Assembly (NCBI GenBank): GCA_003990765.1
Contig: RBNJ01000174.1
Location: 1-37,892, forward strand
Reading direction: 5' to 3'
DNA from: Jimgerdemannia flammicorona
Lineage: Eukaryota
Length of the DNA: 37,892 nucleotides
The notes beneath the pieces were generated by a model. That model was not told the origin of the DNA and searched no databases. It saw nothing but the letters and a program-made list of their open reading frames with translations. Positions 22,391 through 36,373 of the stretch are shown one piece after another (position 1 is the first letter of the stretch; every line of letters starts with the position of its first letter). A program made the translations under genes and the position numbers.

Positions 22391-25300
22391 GTGATCTATA
22401 TACTGAAAGAAAGATGCTCAAATACCTCACCACCTCTCCTGCAGAGACAATTGTTCCAATGATATCCCCTCTCACTAACCCATTTTCCAATACCATTGTC
22501 TCATACTTATATTAGTTGAGTTTCACTCCAGAGTATGCCTCATACCATTGAACTATATCCTGAAGAGCCACAACATCTGCTACTGATCCAAGTCCAACCA
22601 CCATGTCATCTACAAAGGTCCCCACCTTCTACACTATACCATAAATAGAGAGCTCTGCTACCTTCTGCTGAATCCTATCCATTAAAGGTTCTAGGAAAAG
22701 GGCATATAGAATAGGAGACAAAGGATCCCCCTGAGGAACTTCTCTCCCCAAGGAAAATGCCAAACCCCAGTGACCATTATACATCAGTGCTGCCCTACTG
22801 CCCTCTAACAGATTCAACATAGAAGCTTTAAATAGCAGAGAAACTCCTATTCTGTCCAGCACCTTGTCCAATCACACATACTAAACGTGGTCATAGGTCT
22901 TCTCCTGGTCCAAAAAGACCAGTCTCCCATTCAATCTACTAGCCCATGCTCCTTCAATAATGCCATGAACCCAGGTCATCTTATCTCTGATAAGTCTACC
23001 ACTAAAAAAACCCTGCTGCTCCTCACCCAATATCTGTTGGGCAACCTTCTGTAGTCTTGCTACAATCACCTTAGTAACTATCTTCCTATCTATATCCAGA
23101 AGCATAATTGGTCTCCAGTTTTTCCAATCCTCTCCTCTCTTCTTATCCTTATACAACAGGGCCACCAGCCCTAAGGTCTGCACTACCACCTACTGGCCAT
23201 TTAGAAGAACAATATCACAGAGGGCTGTCATCTCTCTTAACACTCCCAGGACTCCCACCATCTTCTTCCAAAAGTCCCAAGGTAGTCCATCCTCTCCTAA
23301 TACTATTCTAAGCTTAGTTGCCATAAGGACTCTCTGGATTTCCTCCTCTTGGACTGGTAGGATCAAATCCCCCAGGCTCTCTACTTGTGGTGGCTTCCAA
23401 TCCTCCAGGATATCTCCAATTGCCTCTGCATCAGCACCCCCTTCCTTCTCACTCCACAGTCCCCTCTACTACTCCTTCAGCAATCCCAAGATCTATTATA
23501 TACCATGAACCATTTCCCCCTCTGCATCCAGGACTCCATCCTACCAATATCACACTCTTCTAGCCTAGAGGAGTCTTGACAAATACCTAGTAGGCCTCTC
23601 ACTCTCCTCAAGCCCCTACCACCTAAACCTAGCTGCCATTCCTTTCATCTGTGTCTTCTCCTCCTCCCTCAACACCTGTGCAACTCTACCACCTCAAGCT
23701 TGGTCTACACTAACCACTAATCATCCACCTCTCCAGAATTTAACAAATCAGCCCACTCTATCTGCAATCCAGCCAATCTGTTAAAAGTATACCTTACTCT
23801 CTTTCTTCTCCACCTCCCAGTATCTCTACTAGCTTCTCTCCAGTAAACCCTCACAACCTCTTTCAACTTCATCTACCAGACATCTACTGGGAAACCCTCA
23901 TGTATCTAACTAGCAATCTTCCCCTAAATATCCTCTACCCAAGGGTCTCACAACCCCTTCTCAGCTGATAGGGAGGAGTTAAGATACTAATGTCTGGGTC
24001 CATCTCCACTCTCTCCAAACTACCTTGTTCTAATAATCCCCAGTGATCTGACCATAGGTATCACTCCACCTTCAGAGTCCTCCAAACATCCATGCCTCAG
24101 CATTTGCCTATCAGTATCCAGTCAATCCTTGTATTAAGTCCATTCACCCAATGTGTGTAAATCCTCTTTTCTCCCCACTGCATACTGCCTATATCCCCTA
24201 AAGAGCTAAGGTTCTTCACCTCCTTCCATGTATCCAAGCCACCACTTCTTCCACCAGCACTTCTCTCTCTATTAGTTCTATCTAACTGAAGATCCTGTAC
24301 CATATTGAAGTTATCCCCCAGAACATCCACCCCATTCTTCAAAAATATACTCTCCTTCAAGAGACTTTTAATCTATACAATCTGCTTGCCCCTAGCTGTA
24401 GGACAGTAGTAAGAGCCAACTCTCACTAGCTCTCACTCTGTTCAATACCATTCCCCCCATACCAAATGGTTCCCCCAGCTCTTGATTCTACTCAGATCCC
24501 CTTTACTACTCTGTACCAAAACTGTCACTTTGTCTATTCAAGCTATAGCTCCTCCCCATTCCCTAGTCTACTCCACTTGATCCGCATCATCCTCACAAAG
24601 CACATCCTGCAGTAGAAAGAGATCAGCCTCCAATCTCTTAAGTCAAGTGAAAATGTTCCTATGCTGCCCAGAGCCCTGTAACCCATTTATATTTAGAGAA
24701 AAAATGTTAATTATACCATCTATTGGGAATAATGTATAGAAGTACTGCTCATCCTCTACAGATCCACATTCATTCCCTTTCTCACTATATATAAGTTATG
24801 TTCAGCAGCCACTTCCTCCTCTGCAGCCATCTTTGCCTCCAATCCAACTAGAAGTTCAGCTATCTCCCCATCCTTCTTCTCCTCAAACTCCTCTTGATAC
24901 TCTAGGCAGGCCTCCTGTCAGAGCTATAATCCATAATACTCTGCCTAATAGTATGCAGCCTACTCACCAGCAACAATTGCCAGCTTGATCTCTCTCTTCT
25001 GATCTACTTCATATCTCTCCTCCTCCAGGAAAATCACAAGTACTTTAGCTTTCAGTGTCTCCACCACTCTATCACTATGCAGAATTAAAGCCCAGTACTC
25101 CTCAGGTATTACTCTCAGGTCTACTTCTCCCAGCTCCTTAGCTGCAAAGTTATTTATCATCTGGCTCATTCACAGCAAGTTTCCCACCTTCTTCCCTCCT
25201 GGAGATACTGGCCTTCCTATACTCAGCATTATGGTATCTGCTCCTGCACTTATATTCTCATCTCACTCCTTCTCTGTTACATCCACCAGCTCATCCTTAT

Positions 25301-26866
25301 CAACTGCCACCACCTGACTCCCTTTCACTATATCCAGAACTCCAAAATGAATATATTGGGTACCATACATCAGCACATTCTCTGCTGCTCAGCTCTTCTG
25401 AGCAGGACCTTGCCTGATAAGAGAGGGAGTATCATCCAAGTCCTGTTCCCAGACTTTGAATGTACCATCTATATATAGGTCAGTGTGCAGTAGCTTCCTG
25501 GCCCCATCTCAACCCTTCTTGACATCCTCTCCCTCCTTACTGGCTCAGATACTTGCCTCAGCACCCCCAGACTCCTCAATACTACCTGCATTCTTCTTTG
25601 TCCTACCCTCCAGGCTTATCAACAACTCTCACTGTCTCTTGCACCTCTGAGCCATCTCTTATAGCTTCTTGTCAGTGCAGAAACATTTCTCATCTACAAT
25701 CTCCAAATGTGTCATCTCCTCATACATCTTTCATGTCTTTGTCCTCTGCTCAACTATATCACTCATCTCTTTCAAAGCCTCCAACAGATCCTCCTCCTCC
25801 TTCTCACTTCCCTTCACCCTTAATATCTTACAGATGAAGGCCTCCCATATTAGTACCAAAGGCCAGTCACTCAGCTTTCCAGTAGCCTCTCTCTCAACCA
25901 GTCTAATCCTGATATAAATATCCTCTATCCTGAAGATAGTCCCCTCCTACATCTGGAATCTGATATCCACCACATTGCCATACTCTGCCATCACCTCCTC
26001 AATCTTCCTCCTAGTCTCACCTTCATCACAGTAGGTACCCCCTTGACCAGTAGCTGAACCACTCTGGGGTCTCACTTCAGACAGCATACTATAGGGACCA
26101 CCACTTCCCCAACAACTACACCAACCTTCAATACTTTCTCCAGTGGATCTGCCTCCTCAAAACCCACCTCAACCTCCTCCAGATCCTTCAGGAACTTTAC
26201 CAAGGCAGTCTCAGCCATTTGCTATGAGATAAGCCTCAGAACTATTCTCATCATTACAGCTAAGCCTCAGAAATATAAGATTACAGCAAACTCTGAGATT
26301 GACTTCTTGAGCAATAGTACCACTGTCAGCCCTATCATACCATCAACCAGATCTCCCTTCCTCTTTAGTCTCTATAGATCAGCCCCACCATCAGCAGTCA
26401 CATCTGGATTTTTTTTCAGATTCTCAGTTATGCTATCATCAGCAATCTCCCCCCTACTTCCAGTATTTACTCCACCAGCCCTTCCCCCCACTAGCTGAGA
26501 AGCTGTACCCCCTGCTTCCCCTTCCCTCTGCTTTTTCTTCCCCTCTGCCTATCTACTATAAGCTCCAACAGGCCATCCTTTAGCCTTCAGTATATCTGTA
26601 AAACTCCTCTCTCTCTACCCTTCTGCCCCTTCTCTAGTGCCACTACTACTATCTAAGCTGTCCTGTCCACTCAGACCACCAAAAAACTCCATCTCTAGTC
26701 CATACTCTCACCTGATATATTGTCAGTCAAAGGCTCCAGATCTATCTGATCTAGTATGTATATTGGCTTGCTTATTTAATACTATAATCTTAGTACCTTT
26801 TTCCAATAAAAGCTTTGAAAGTATGTTATAAAAGTATATATAACATAAATGGTATCTGAGAAAGAG
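22391..26866 (-). mobile_element. LINE-b: related L1/Tx1-type element, 5' end intact, 3' part lost after the RT core
   Basis: NWRPIMLLDIDRKI, LDQEKTYD, VPQGDPLSP, TFVDD, VRYLSI; EN starts near 24723; shares the 5' terminus ...GAGAAAGA (+ strand) with the other LINEs; no tail or TSD. Confidence 0.92.
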
Positions 26867-27593
26867 CATTAATACTGAGTATATATATATATATATATAT
26901 AATAACTAATTAGAATTTAAGTATATATATTATATATATATATTATATTAGTAAAATTATAAGATCTTATCAATTAGTTAGTTAAATATATATTAATATA
27001 TCAAATTAGATATAATATATACTAAAGTAATATATATAATATGTTAGCTTTAGTAATTTATTAATATATAGTTTATAGTAATAATTACTAATATAATTTA
27101 TAATATATAATTAATATATATATTTTGTTAAATCTTAAATCTTATTAAAAAAAAAAAAAAAACTATATCTATTTTAATATTAAGTATATTTAGATTAAGT
27201 TTTGTAGTTGAAATAATAAATACTTTAGTTTAAACATATTTATTATTATAGTCAATTACTATTTATATTTGTAAGATAATAATAGTAATATGGCTATATA
27301 TAGATTATCTAAAGTATATTTTTATAATTTATAATAAATTTTCTAAACTAAGTAAATTGTATAAATTTTATAAATTATATAATAAACTTTATAAATATTC
27401 AATAATGGTATTCAAACTCTTAGAAGAAAAATTTACAAGAAAATCTATATAGTGCAATTACAATCTTATAAAGATTTTAATTTAGAACTATTAAAGTAAA
27501 TTTTAAAAAGAAATCTTTATAGTACAAACTCTTTATGATAAAATCTCACAAACTTGAATTTTTTTTATAGAATATTCAACCTCGAGAAAGAGA

Positions 27594-27734
27594 ATTGAGA
27601 ATAAGATACTTTTTTAGAAGCTATTCAATTTTGGGCAAGAGGATTGCAGCTATTCAATCTTGGACAAGAGTAATGAGAATGAGGCACTTTTTTAGAAGCT
27701 TATTCAAGGGGCAAGGGGATTGAGAATGAGGCAC
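27594..27734. repeat. Short degenerate tandem repeat
   Basis: Repeated blocks TGAGAATRAGRYAC, TTTTTTAGAAGCT(T)ATTCAA and GGRCAAGRG. Confidence 0.6.
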
Positions 27735-27973
27735 CAATAGTTTGTACGAGTTACTAACTGTGTCGCCGACTATACCAGAAATGTTCGCCAACATTCCACA
27801 TAAGTTACCCGTGCCAAAATCACTAGCACCGAAATAGCGGGTTGACGAGATTTACCCCCTATTTATTATAAATTTGAGGCACTGGCATTGTGCAGACGAA
27901 TCAAATGCTCGTATTTGTGGATAAGTCATGTGTTTTCGACTTTTCGATCCAGGGGCACCGTATGGTCCAAATC

Positions 27974-28166
27974 GAGGTCCAATTCGATTGGAGTTTTGAT
28001 TCAACCTTAATTTTCAAAATTCCATAACTCGATGAGAATATATCCAAATTTGACATATTTTGGCTTGTTAGATTCACTTTATCTAGGGGAACCTAGCACA
28101 ATAAAGATCATCAAATTTAGATGTATTTTGGTTGAGTTATTGCATTTCAAAGTTGGCTTGGACCTC
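27974..28166. repeat. Imperfect inverted repeat (MITE-like or palindromic element)
   Basis: GAGGTCCAA pairs with TTGGACCTC; 28011-28053 pairs with 28111-28152; central CTAGG-GGAA-CCTAG hairpin. Confidence 0.6.
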
Positions 28167-28763
28167 AATTCGATTCGAATCTGTCACCATGGAAAATTGA
28201 CATAGACTAATATCGAGGACTTGGACACCCTCAGTAAATGCATTCGTCAACAACTTTAACCCTATAAAGATGTCCCCCGAATATTTTTATCTCGAGACCG
28301 CGGGGAACTAATTATATTGGCACGGTCCAAGCAGGGCTATGACTGGCAAAATCTAGACCCTTATCTCATTGCCTTTTTTTTATTTTTATTTTTGGTAACC
28401 AGTGATTTCGTATGTTTGTTCGAGCACGCCTTGGACAATAAAGAAAAAAAGAAAAAAAAGGTCGGAAAGTAGCAAAATCGAATGCTCATTTTAAATAAAA
28501 TGAAAACAAAGCTTCTGAAATACAAAAAAACCGTTGAATGAGTCGAGCTGCCGAGGGGAAAACGTGTTGGTCGTTCTATTATATTTTTAGGGGTGGGAAC
28601 GGGATGAGTCATCGCGGCGAATCGGCGCTAGTAGGTTTCTTCGGACCCTCCTAAGCCACAACAGACAGCTATATTAACCTTGCTGAACCCGACCCCTTAC
28701 CAACTTCAGGAAATATATCAACAGTGAAGAGTTAACTAGTTACACACCGTCATTTGCTACAAA

Positions 28764-30643
28764 ATGTACACAATCAACCCCGCAGGACAACCCATCCTCA
28801 CCGCGACGGCAATCGTCCTACTCAGCTACCTCCTGATCCGCGCAACATCAAGTCGCAAGCCCAAGCTGGTCGTCCAGCCCTGGAACAACAATCCCATTTA
28901 TACCATCAAGGAAATGATTTACCCGCCCCAAGAGGATCCGTGGAAGAAGCTCGTCACCATCGCCCAGGACCCTCGCAATTACCCGCTCTGCGCCATCCCC
29001 GGCCTCTTCGGCGGAGAGCCAAATCTGGTCGTCAATGACGTTGAGATGATGAAGGAAATCTTGATCCAAGGACAGTCCTATGGCCAAGGCGAACAAAAAA
29101 TGTCGAGATCTAGAATCGTAATCGACATGAGCTACTACCTCTTTGGAGGATGGCACATCGTCAACTCAACCGGTCACGTAAGTCATTTGGTTACTGTTTT
29201 TTGCTTTTGGCTGAATTTCAGGAATTGCTAATTCTCATTCATTTCACTATCTAACAATTGACGCTCCCCTTCACAGGAATGGAAATGGCGTCGCCAGGCC
29301 TATTCGCCACCCTTCCAGCCGAGATTTCTCGTTCCAGCCTTGCTTCCTTATACCATCGAACGCGTCAAAAAACTCAATGAAGAGCTTGCCAAATTCGCAG
29401 CCACAGGAGAGGCCGTGGAGTTGGATGACAGGATGAGCGACGTTACGTTCGACATTATTTGCAAATACTGTTTCGGTTATGCTGATGAGGAACTCGATTT
29501 CCAAGACGTCAACGGCAGGGAAAACCTCAAGGTAGGAAAATCAACCTTCATCTTTCGCATGCGTGGCTTTTTTTTCTCTTTCAATGGGATTCAGAACTAT
29601 TCTGACCTTTTAAAATTGGAAATGCCATGAACGATTCTCGAAGAATGACTTCGTCGCCCTCTTCAAAAGCGTCGCATCCGTCTACCCCCGCATCCCCATT
29701 ATCAAGCACACCGAATGGGGTCAGCGTCACTACAAGCCCGCCCGCGAGCGCCTTGACGCCTTTATCAATCGCGCCATTAAAAAATCCCTCGCCCAGCCCG
29801 ACCTTTTCCTCGACAGCAGTACCGATAAGCCACACTTCCACCCTCTAATTCACGAGCTTGCCAAGAATACCAACTTCGAGGAAGGTACCGATCATAGCCT
29901 CGGCAGGGACATCCTTGCCATAATCTTTGCGGGACATGACACTACCTCGCATACATCTTCGTTCGCATTCGGTGCTATCGCCCAGCATCCTGAGGTGCAG
30001 CAGCGCCTTTTTGAGGAGATCAGGGGGCAGTTGGGACCTGACCCGATCGATGTCGCTGCTTTGACGACCGAGTCGTTAGGAAGCATGAAATATTTGACTG
30101 CAGTCATTAAAGAGGTCATGAGGATGTATCCGATCGTCAATACCACGTATGCCGAGGCTCTCAAGGATACCACTTTAGGCGGAATGGTCGTCCCAGCTGG
30201 TACGTTATCCTAAACTCCCCCGCTTTGCGCGAACAATATCGTATTGATTGTGACTTTACAATCGCCAATCCCATTTGCCACCTTATCACACTTCAGGAAC
30301 CATCATACTCGCCAACCTCCGCGGCGCCCAGATGAACCCCAACCTCTTCTCGAACCCCGAAAAATTTGACCCGACCCGCTGGCTCGAACACGCTGACGCC
30401 GACGCCTTCCAGGATGTCGAGCACACTGTGACCAAATCCTCTAAACCTGAGCTCGCCTTCGGCCTCGGTCTGCACGCCTGCCTCGGCCGTAATCTTGCCT
30501 GGCTCGAGCTCCGCATTTTGATCTCCGCAGTCGTGAATAAGTTCGAGCTCAAGCTCAAGGAGGGAACCACACTCAATACTTACACATTTTTAACCATGCT
30601 TCCCAAGGATGGTGTGTGGGTCACGTTAAAGGAACGTGTTTAA
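28764..30643 (+). CDS. Cytochrome P450 monooxygenase, 4 exons (28764-29177, 29277-29531, ~29614 or 29644-30199, 30297-30643), about 520-540 aa
   Basis: N-terminal hydrophobic anchor, WKWRR (WxxxR), AGHDTT, EVMR (ExxR), FDPTRW and heme motif FGLGLHACLG. Introns 1 and 3 are canonical GT-AG and frame-preserving; the intron 2 acceptor is unresolved. Confidence 0.92.
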
Positions 30644-31795
30644 ACCACCAGAGTCGAAGTCCTAATTGAGCTTGATGGACAGACCTAAACTTCAGTTTCG
30701 ACGAAGTACATAATAATCTTTATAATGTTTATTTAATTCCAAACAGTAGAGTATTTCTCTAACCATTAGTTCTTTCTGAAATGTTTTTTTTTTTTTTTTT
30801 TTTTTTTTTGTAAATAAACTACAAATGATATATATTTCAATTAAAAAATAAAAGATAATACAACAAAATAAAAACTGTTATTTTATACTCAATTGTTCTA
30901 ACTGTGTATTTATATTAACTATAAGTAATTCTGAATATATCTCAAACTATATATATTAATTACTTCTTACAATCTTATATCTGATATTTTTAAAATTAGA
31001 AATTAGAGATATTGTAATAAAACTATATATTGATAGAATTAATATATTGTAGATAATTTATCATAGACAATTGGTTCTAAGTTTCAAGTTTGATGAGAAA
31101 TTATTGAGTTTAATTAACTAAATCTATGCTGAGGTTTGCCAAGTTCTAGTTGTCTAATACTGAGATTAAGTCCAAATATTACTTTCAGAATCTTATTACC
31201 AGGTAGAGATTCTGTATCTGTATTCTAAGTTAATTAGATCTGAAATTATAAACAAGTCAGATCTGTGAGTTTTTGATAAGATTTTTTTTTATTCTTTAAG
31301 GAAAAATAGAGCTGAGATTTGATATACTTAGTATAGAGAGTATTTATACAGATTGAATAACTATAGCTAAATATAGTATACTAAATATATCTATATACTA
31401 TTATACTATATAAGATATATAACTACTAAGTTGAAATTTTTATTAAAAATTTCATTTTAAATTCTATTAGTAATTCTAATAAAAATTTTATTAGAACTTC
31501 TAGTAACTTATTGCTATATATATAATAAATTGTTATATCTTTTTGTTTTTTAATCAAATCTACTTATTTGAATCTATACTAAACTCCAGATATATACTTA
31601 TTGAATAAAGTATAGTATATTGAATAATTTAAAAGATAATATCACTTTAATATTTATCTGTTAAGTTGATAATATTCTTAAAAGATATTTTTTAAAAATA
31701 ATCAAGAACTTATAATTGTATAAAAATAAATATATATTCTTTTTACAATAATATAGATATAATTATTAATAAAAAGATATAGTAGTTATTTAGTC

Positions 31796-31797
<2 letters not shown>

Positions 31798-31834
<37 letters not shown>

Positions 31835-34800
31835 GACTTTCACTTTATTACTAAACTATCTATAATGTACTATTAATATAAATAAACTCCTCACCCAATC
31901 CACTTAGAAACTCTCTCTTATCCTCATCATTTTTTCAAAATACTACTAATCTCTCTGCTACTCCAATCCTCTCTCCACTCTTCCTATAGATAGTTTCTAC
32001 TAATTATCTCCAATATACTCTATCAATACCCCTACCCCTCTACCACCCATTCAACATATCTGCCATCAGCCACTCCTATCTAGCCACCTTTATCCTCAAT
32101 ATTAACTGTTGACTCTCCTTAAATACAAAAAGTCAATGCCCCATAAGACTAACTCAAATTACCAATACCCATTTTAATATCAACTACTCATCTCTCAACC
32201 CCTCCACCAGCCTTCTCTGGAGGGCACTTCATCTCTCTCCAACCACCAACCCTGGTAAGTAGACCCCCAGCCATACCTCAATCTCTCTCCAAAAGTCACT
32301 CATCATCTTATACTCTCTTGGCTAATATTTAGATATCTGTACCACTCCTCTCTTCTGTCTGATATTCAGACACTCCTCACACTCTTATGTTTCTCCTTTC
32401 ACCAAGTGATCTGTCTAGTAATTCAATATTATATTATACTATAGAACTCTCTATTATACTACTCAGAACTTAAGGGGAATTCATCTTACCATCTGCTTAT
32501 CACACTACTAAATATTATTCTAGTCCTACTCCTCTCTAATTCCTACTCTCTGCCATATCTTAGACCACAGATCTCTTCTATATTCCTGAAGGCACTCTAT
32601 ACTTTCTCTAAATAGAAGTTATCTACTAATGCTTTACCCAATAGAAGACAGTCCCACCTCTATATCTGGGATCTCCACTCCTCCTCTCCCTTATCACTCT
32701 GCTATCAGAGACTAATATAGTATACTCCATCAACCACTCTCTATCAGAATTCCCTATAGTATATCCTCTGACTCTCCTCCAATACTACTAGAGATAGAAG
32801 ATCTCCAGTCATACCATAGGGAGAGAACTGGGCCCCCCACATCCTCTGTATGAGGGGAACCCACTCTCTGCCTTCCAACTTACTTGCTTACTTCATCTAC
32901 CATACTTTCAAGTAGTGAAGATGCTTGGGGAAATCCACCAGACTCAGGCTGTCCTAGTCTACTGACCAGATCAATACCTTTCAACCAATCTAACTCTATC
33001 ACCTCACCTATATCCAGATTATGGCCATCTTCAGCCATTGCTTAACCACTTATACTGAGAAGTCCAAGTAGTACTCTAGATACTATAGCTTAGGTAACCA
33101 GTAGACATTCAATACTATTACTCTCCCTGCTAGAGATATATAGTAACTACTCTACTCCAAGAGAGTGTCTTCTCACTCTGTCAACTACTGCTTCTATCAT
33201 CTGTATGATAGCAAGAAGCTATATACTGAGAAGTAAATTCTCAGATAGCAAACAGTCTCTTTTGTAGGGATAATTGTTCCAATCATGTCTCCACTAACTA
33301 TTCCTCCTCTCAATACTAAAATCTCACACTTATGCTAGTTGAGCTTAACATCTAAGCATCTCTTATATTACTTTATGATATCTTTTAGTATCACAACATC
33401 CTCAGCTGACTCTAGCCCAATCACCATATTATTGGCAAAGGCCCCCACCTTCTAATTAATCTCCAGAATGTCCAACTCTCCCACCTTTTGCCATATCTTA
33501 TCGAAAAGTAGCTCTAGAGACAATATATATAGAATTAGTGACAGTGGATCCCCCTGTAGCACTCTTCTGCCCAGAGGAAAAGAAACCCCTCTATATTTAT
33601 TTAATATAATTGCTGCCTGACTTACTTCTAGCAGACTGACCAAAGTCCTTCAGACCCCCAGGGAGACTCCAATACACTTAAGTATCCTTTTTAACCATAC
33701 TTACCAGACTCTGTTATAGGCCTTCTCCTGGTCTAAGAAAACCAGCTGTCTATCTATTTCAGTAGTATGAGCACTCTTAATGACTCTATATACTCAAGTC
33801 ATCTCATCTCTAATCAGTCATCTTCCTATAAATCCTCTCTACTCAGACCCCAGGACCTGTTGAGTCACTCTTTGCAATCTAGCCACCAGTACCTTTATAA
33901 CTAGTTTGTGATCTATATCCAGAAGTATGATTAGCCTCCAGTTCTTCCACTTCTCTCTCCTTTCCTTATTCTTAAACAGCAGAGCCACAAGACCCAAGCT
34001 CTGCCCTCCAATCTATACCCCAGAGTCAATTACTTCATTGCACATTACCATTATTTCCTCTAGGACCAACTCAACTCCTACCATCCTTTTCCAGAAATCC
34101 CACTATAAGCTATTCTCTCCTGGTGTAGTCCTAGAGCTCATCTTCATCAGAACCTACTGAATCTCCTCCCCTTGGACAATAGTATTAAGATTATCTAAGC
34201 CTACTGCCAGATCAGGGTACTATTTCTCCAAATACCTATCAATATCTGACACCTCTATCTCTCTATCCTCCTTACTTTATAAGTATTCCCACTGTCTGCT
34301 CAACTAATCCAGAATCTCTGATATCTCAACAACTAAGTCTCTCTTCTCATTCAAAACTCCATCTTACTATTGCCATACTCTCCTTGTCTATAGCAGCTAT
34401 GATAAAAACTTAGTAGGTCTTTCTCTCTCCTCTAATCCTTACCATCACAGTTAGATCACTATACTCTTAACCTATAGATCCTCCTCATGTCTCCATATAC
34501 TCTTCAACTTCTTCACCTCAAGTCTGATCTACTGTATTTACCAATCTCTTTTCTCACTAATATTTAATAGCTTCACTCAAGTTGCCAATAATCTCACCAA
34601 TCTCTGAGAGACCTATTTTATTTGTTTCCTCCTCTGAATACCCCACATCCTGCTCATCTCCCCACAGTACTTTTGTGTCTCAGATTTTAATTGTATTCAG
34701 TAATTCCCAATTCCCAACCCCTTGGTCCTCCAACTAAAAATTCTTAAGCTAATATCACCACTCATGCCTCCTATAGAGATGCCTCTCCTAGCAAAGAGGT

Positions 34801-36332
34801 ATTTAGTCACCAATGTCCAGACCCCTCTCTACTTCCTCCAAAATATCTCCCTCTGAGAAAACCCCAGTGATCAGACTATGAACACTAAACAGTTTCAAAG
34901 TTCTCTAGATATTAACTCTCTAGTAGTTAGTAGTTAACATCCAGTCAATCCTTAAGCCCAGTCCTGCTACCCAGTGAGTAAAGATCCTACAATTCCCCTA
35001 TTTAAGTCTCTCAGTATCTACTAAGAACTCAAATATTTGACCTCCTTCTAGACTTCCATATTACTACTCCTACTTGCTATTTCTCTACTCTCATTAGTTC
35101 TGTCTAACCTTCTATCATATATCATATTAAAGTTCCCTCTAAGATAATCAATCCCTATCTCTATCAATGCTCTAGACTCTTATAGCCCTTGAATCTATTT
35201 TACTCTCTCTTCTCTTTCTGCTGGACAATAATATGACTCAATCATTAAGGGCCTCTAGTCTGATATTCTCCAAACTCCCCACACTACTCTGCTCTACCAA
35301 TGTCTAATGTCTCTAATGTCTCCCTTGCCCTTCCTAACCAGAATGCCTATATATTCTCACCAAATAGCCACACTATCTCATTCCTTCATCTAGTCCCAAC
35401 TATCTAAGTCTGTATTACATCCAATATTCTATAGTAGAAACAAATCTGCTTCTATTCCCTTTAGCCATTCAAAGATATTTTACTACTACACTATCTCTCA
35501 TAGCCCATTGACATTCAAAGATAAGATTCTTATTATACTGTTCATATTGAATAATAGTATTTAAATAACAGCCATCTACTCTACAATTCCATACTTGCTA
35601 TATTATCAGTAATATCTAGATTTCTCTCTACCTCCAGTTCATCTGCCTCTCTCTGCCTCCAGTTCATCTGCCTCTCTCTACTAAGTCTCTAATGCCTCCA
35701 ATATCTCCTGACAATCTACATTATCTGCAGCCTCTATCTCTATATGATACTTCTCACATACTATCTACTACTTTGCCAGCCCTTTTCTTGGGCCCTATAT
35801 ATAAGCAGCTCTGTTATTTACAATTATCAGAAGTACTGCCTCTCTGTTATCATTGATCTGATATATCTTGGCCTCTAGTAATACTGCTATTATCTCATCC
35901 TGAAGTTTCTATGACACCTTCTCACTATGCAAGATTTCACCCCAGTGTCTCTCACTCAGTACTCAGAAGTTCTCTCTCCTCAGCTCCTTAGCTATTATAT
36001 TTTCAAGCATTTTTTACAGCCATTTCTCCTCAACCTCAGCCTCTGCTACTCCCTAGACTACTCTATTCCCCCCTGCTATCTGCCTGCCCTCTGCATCCCT
36101 CCTCACTGACTCATCTTATCCTCCTCTAGAATATTCTGCAATTTGTCATTACTTCTAGCACTACCTAACACTCTATACTGAGAGCACTCTCTCTCTATTA
36201 TCTCAGCATCCTCCACAACAATACTCAGCCCTACACCTTCTCCCTCCTAGAGTCCCCTCTAGTGCTGCTCTCTTCTCTCCTACCCAGATACTTATCTTTA
36301 ATCCAGTTTCCCCAGTAATAGTCTCCCTGGCT

Positions 36333-36373
<41 letters not shown>

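Noticed and set aside
28754..30576. Overlapping alternative-frame and antisense ORFs in the P450 locus
   Set aside because: By-products of GC-rich codon usage in the P450 exons.
30785..30809. T25 run as a LINE tail
   Set aside because: No LINE body or TSD next to it; treated as a simple homopolymer.
35631..35680. 25-bp tandem duplication in LINE-c
   Set aside because: Ordinary local slippage in a decayed element.
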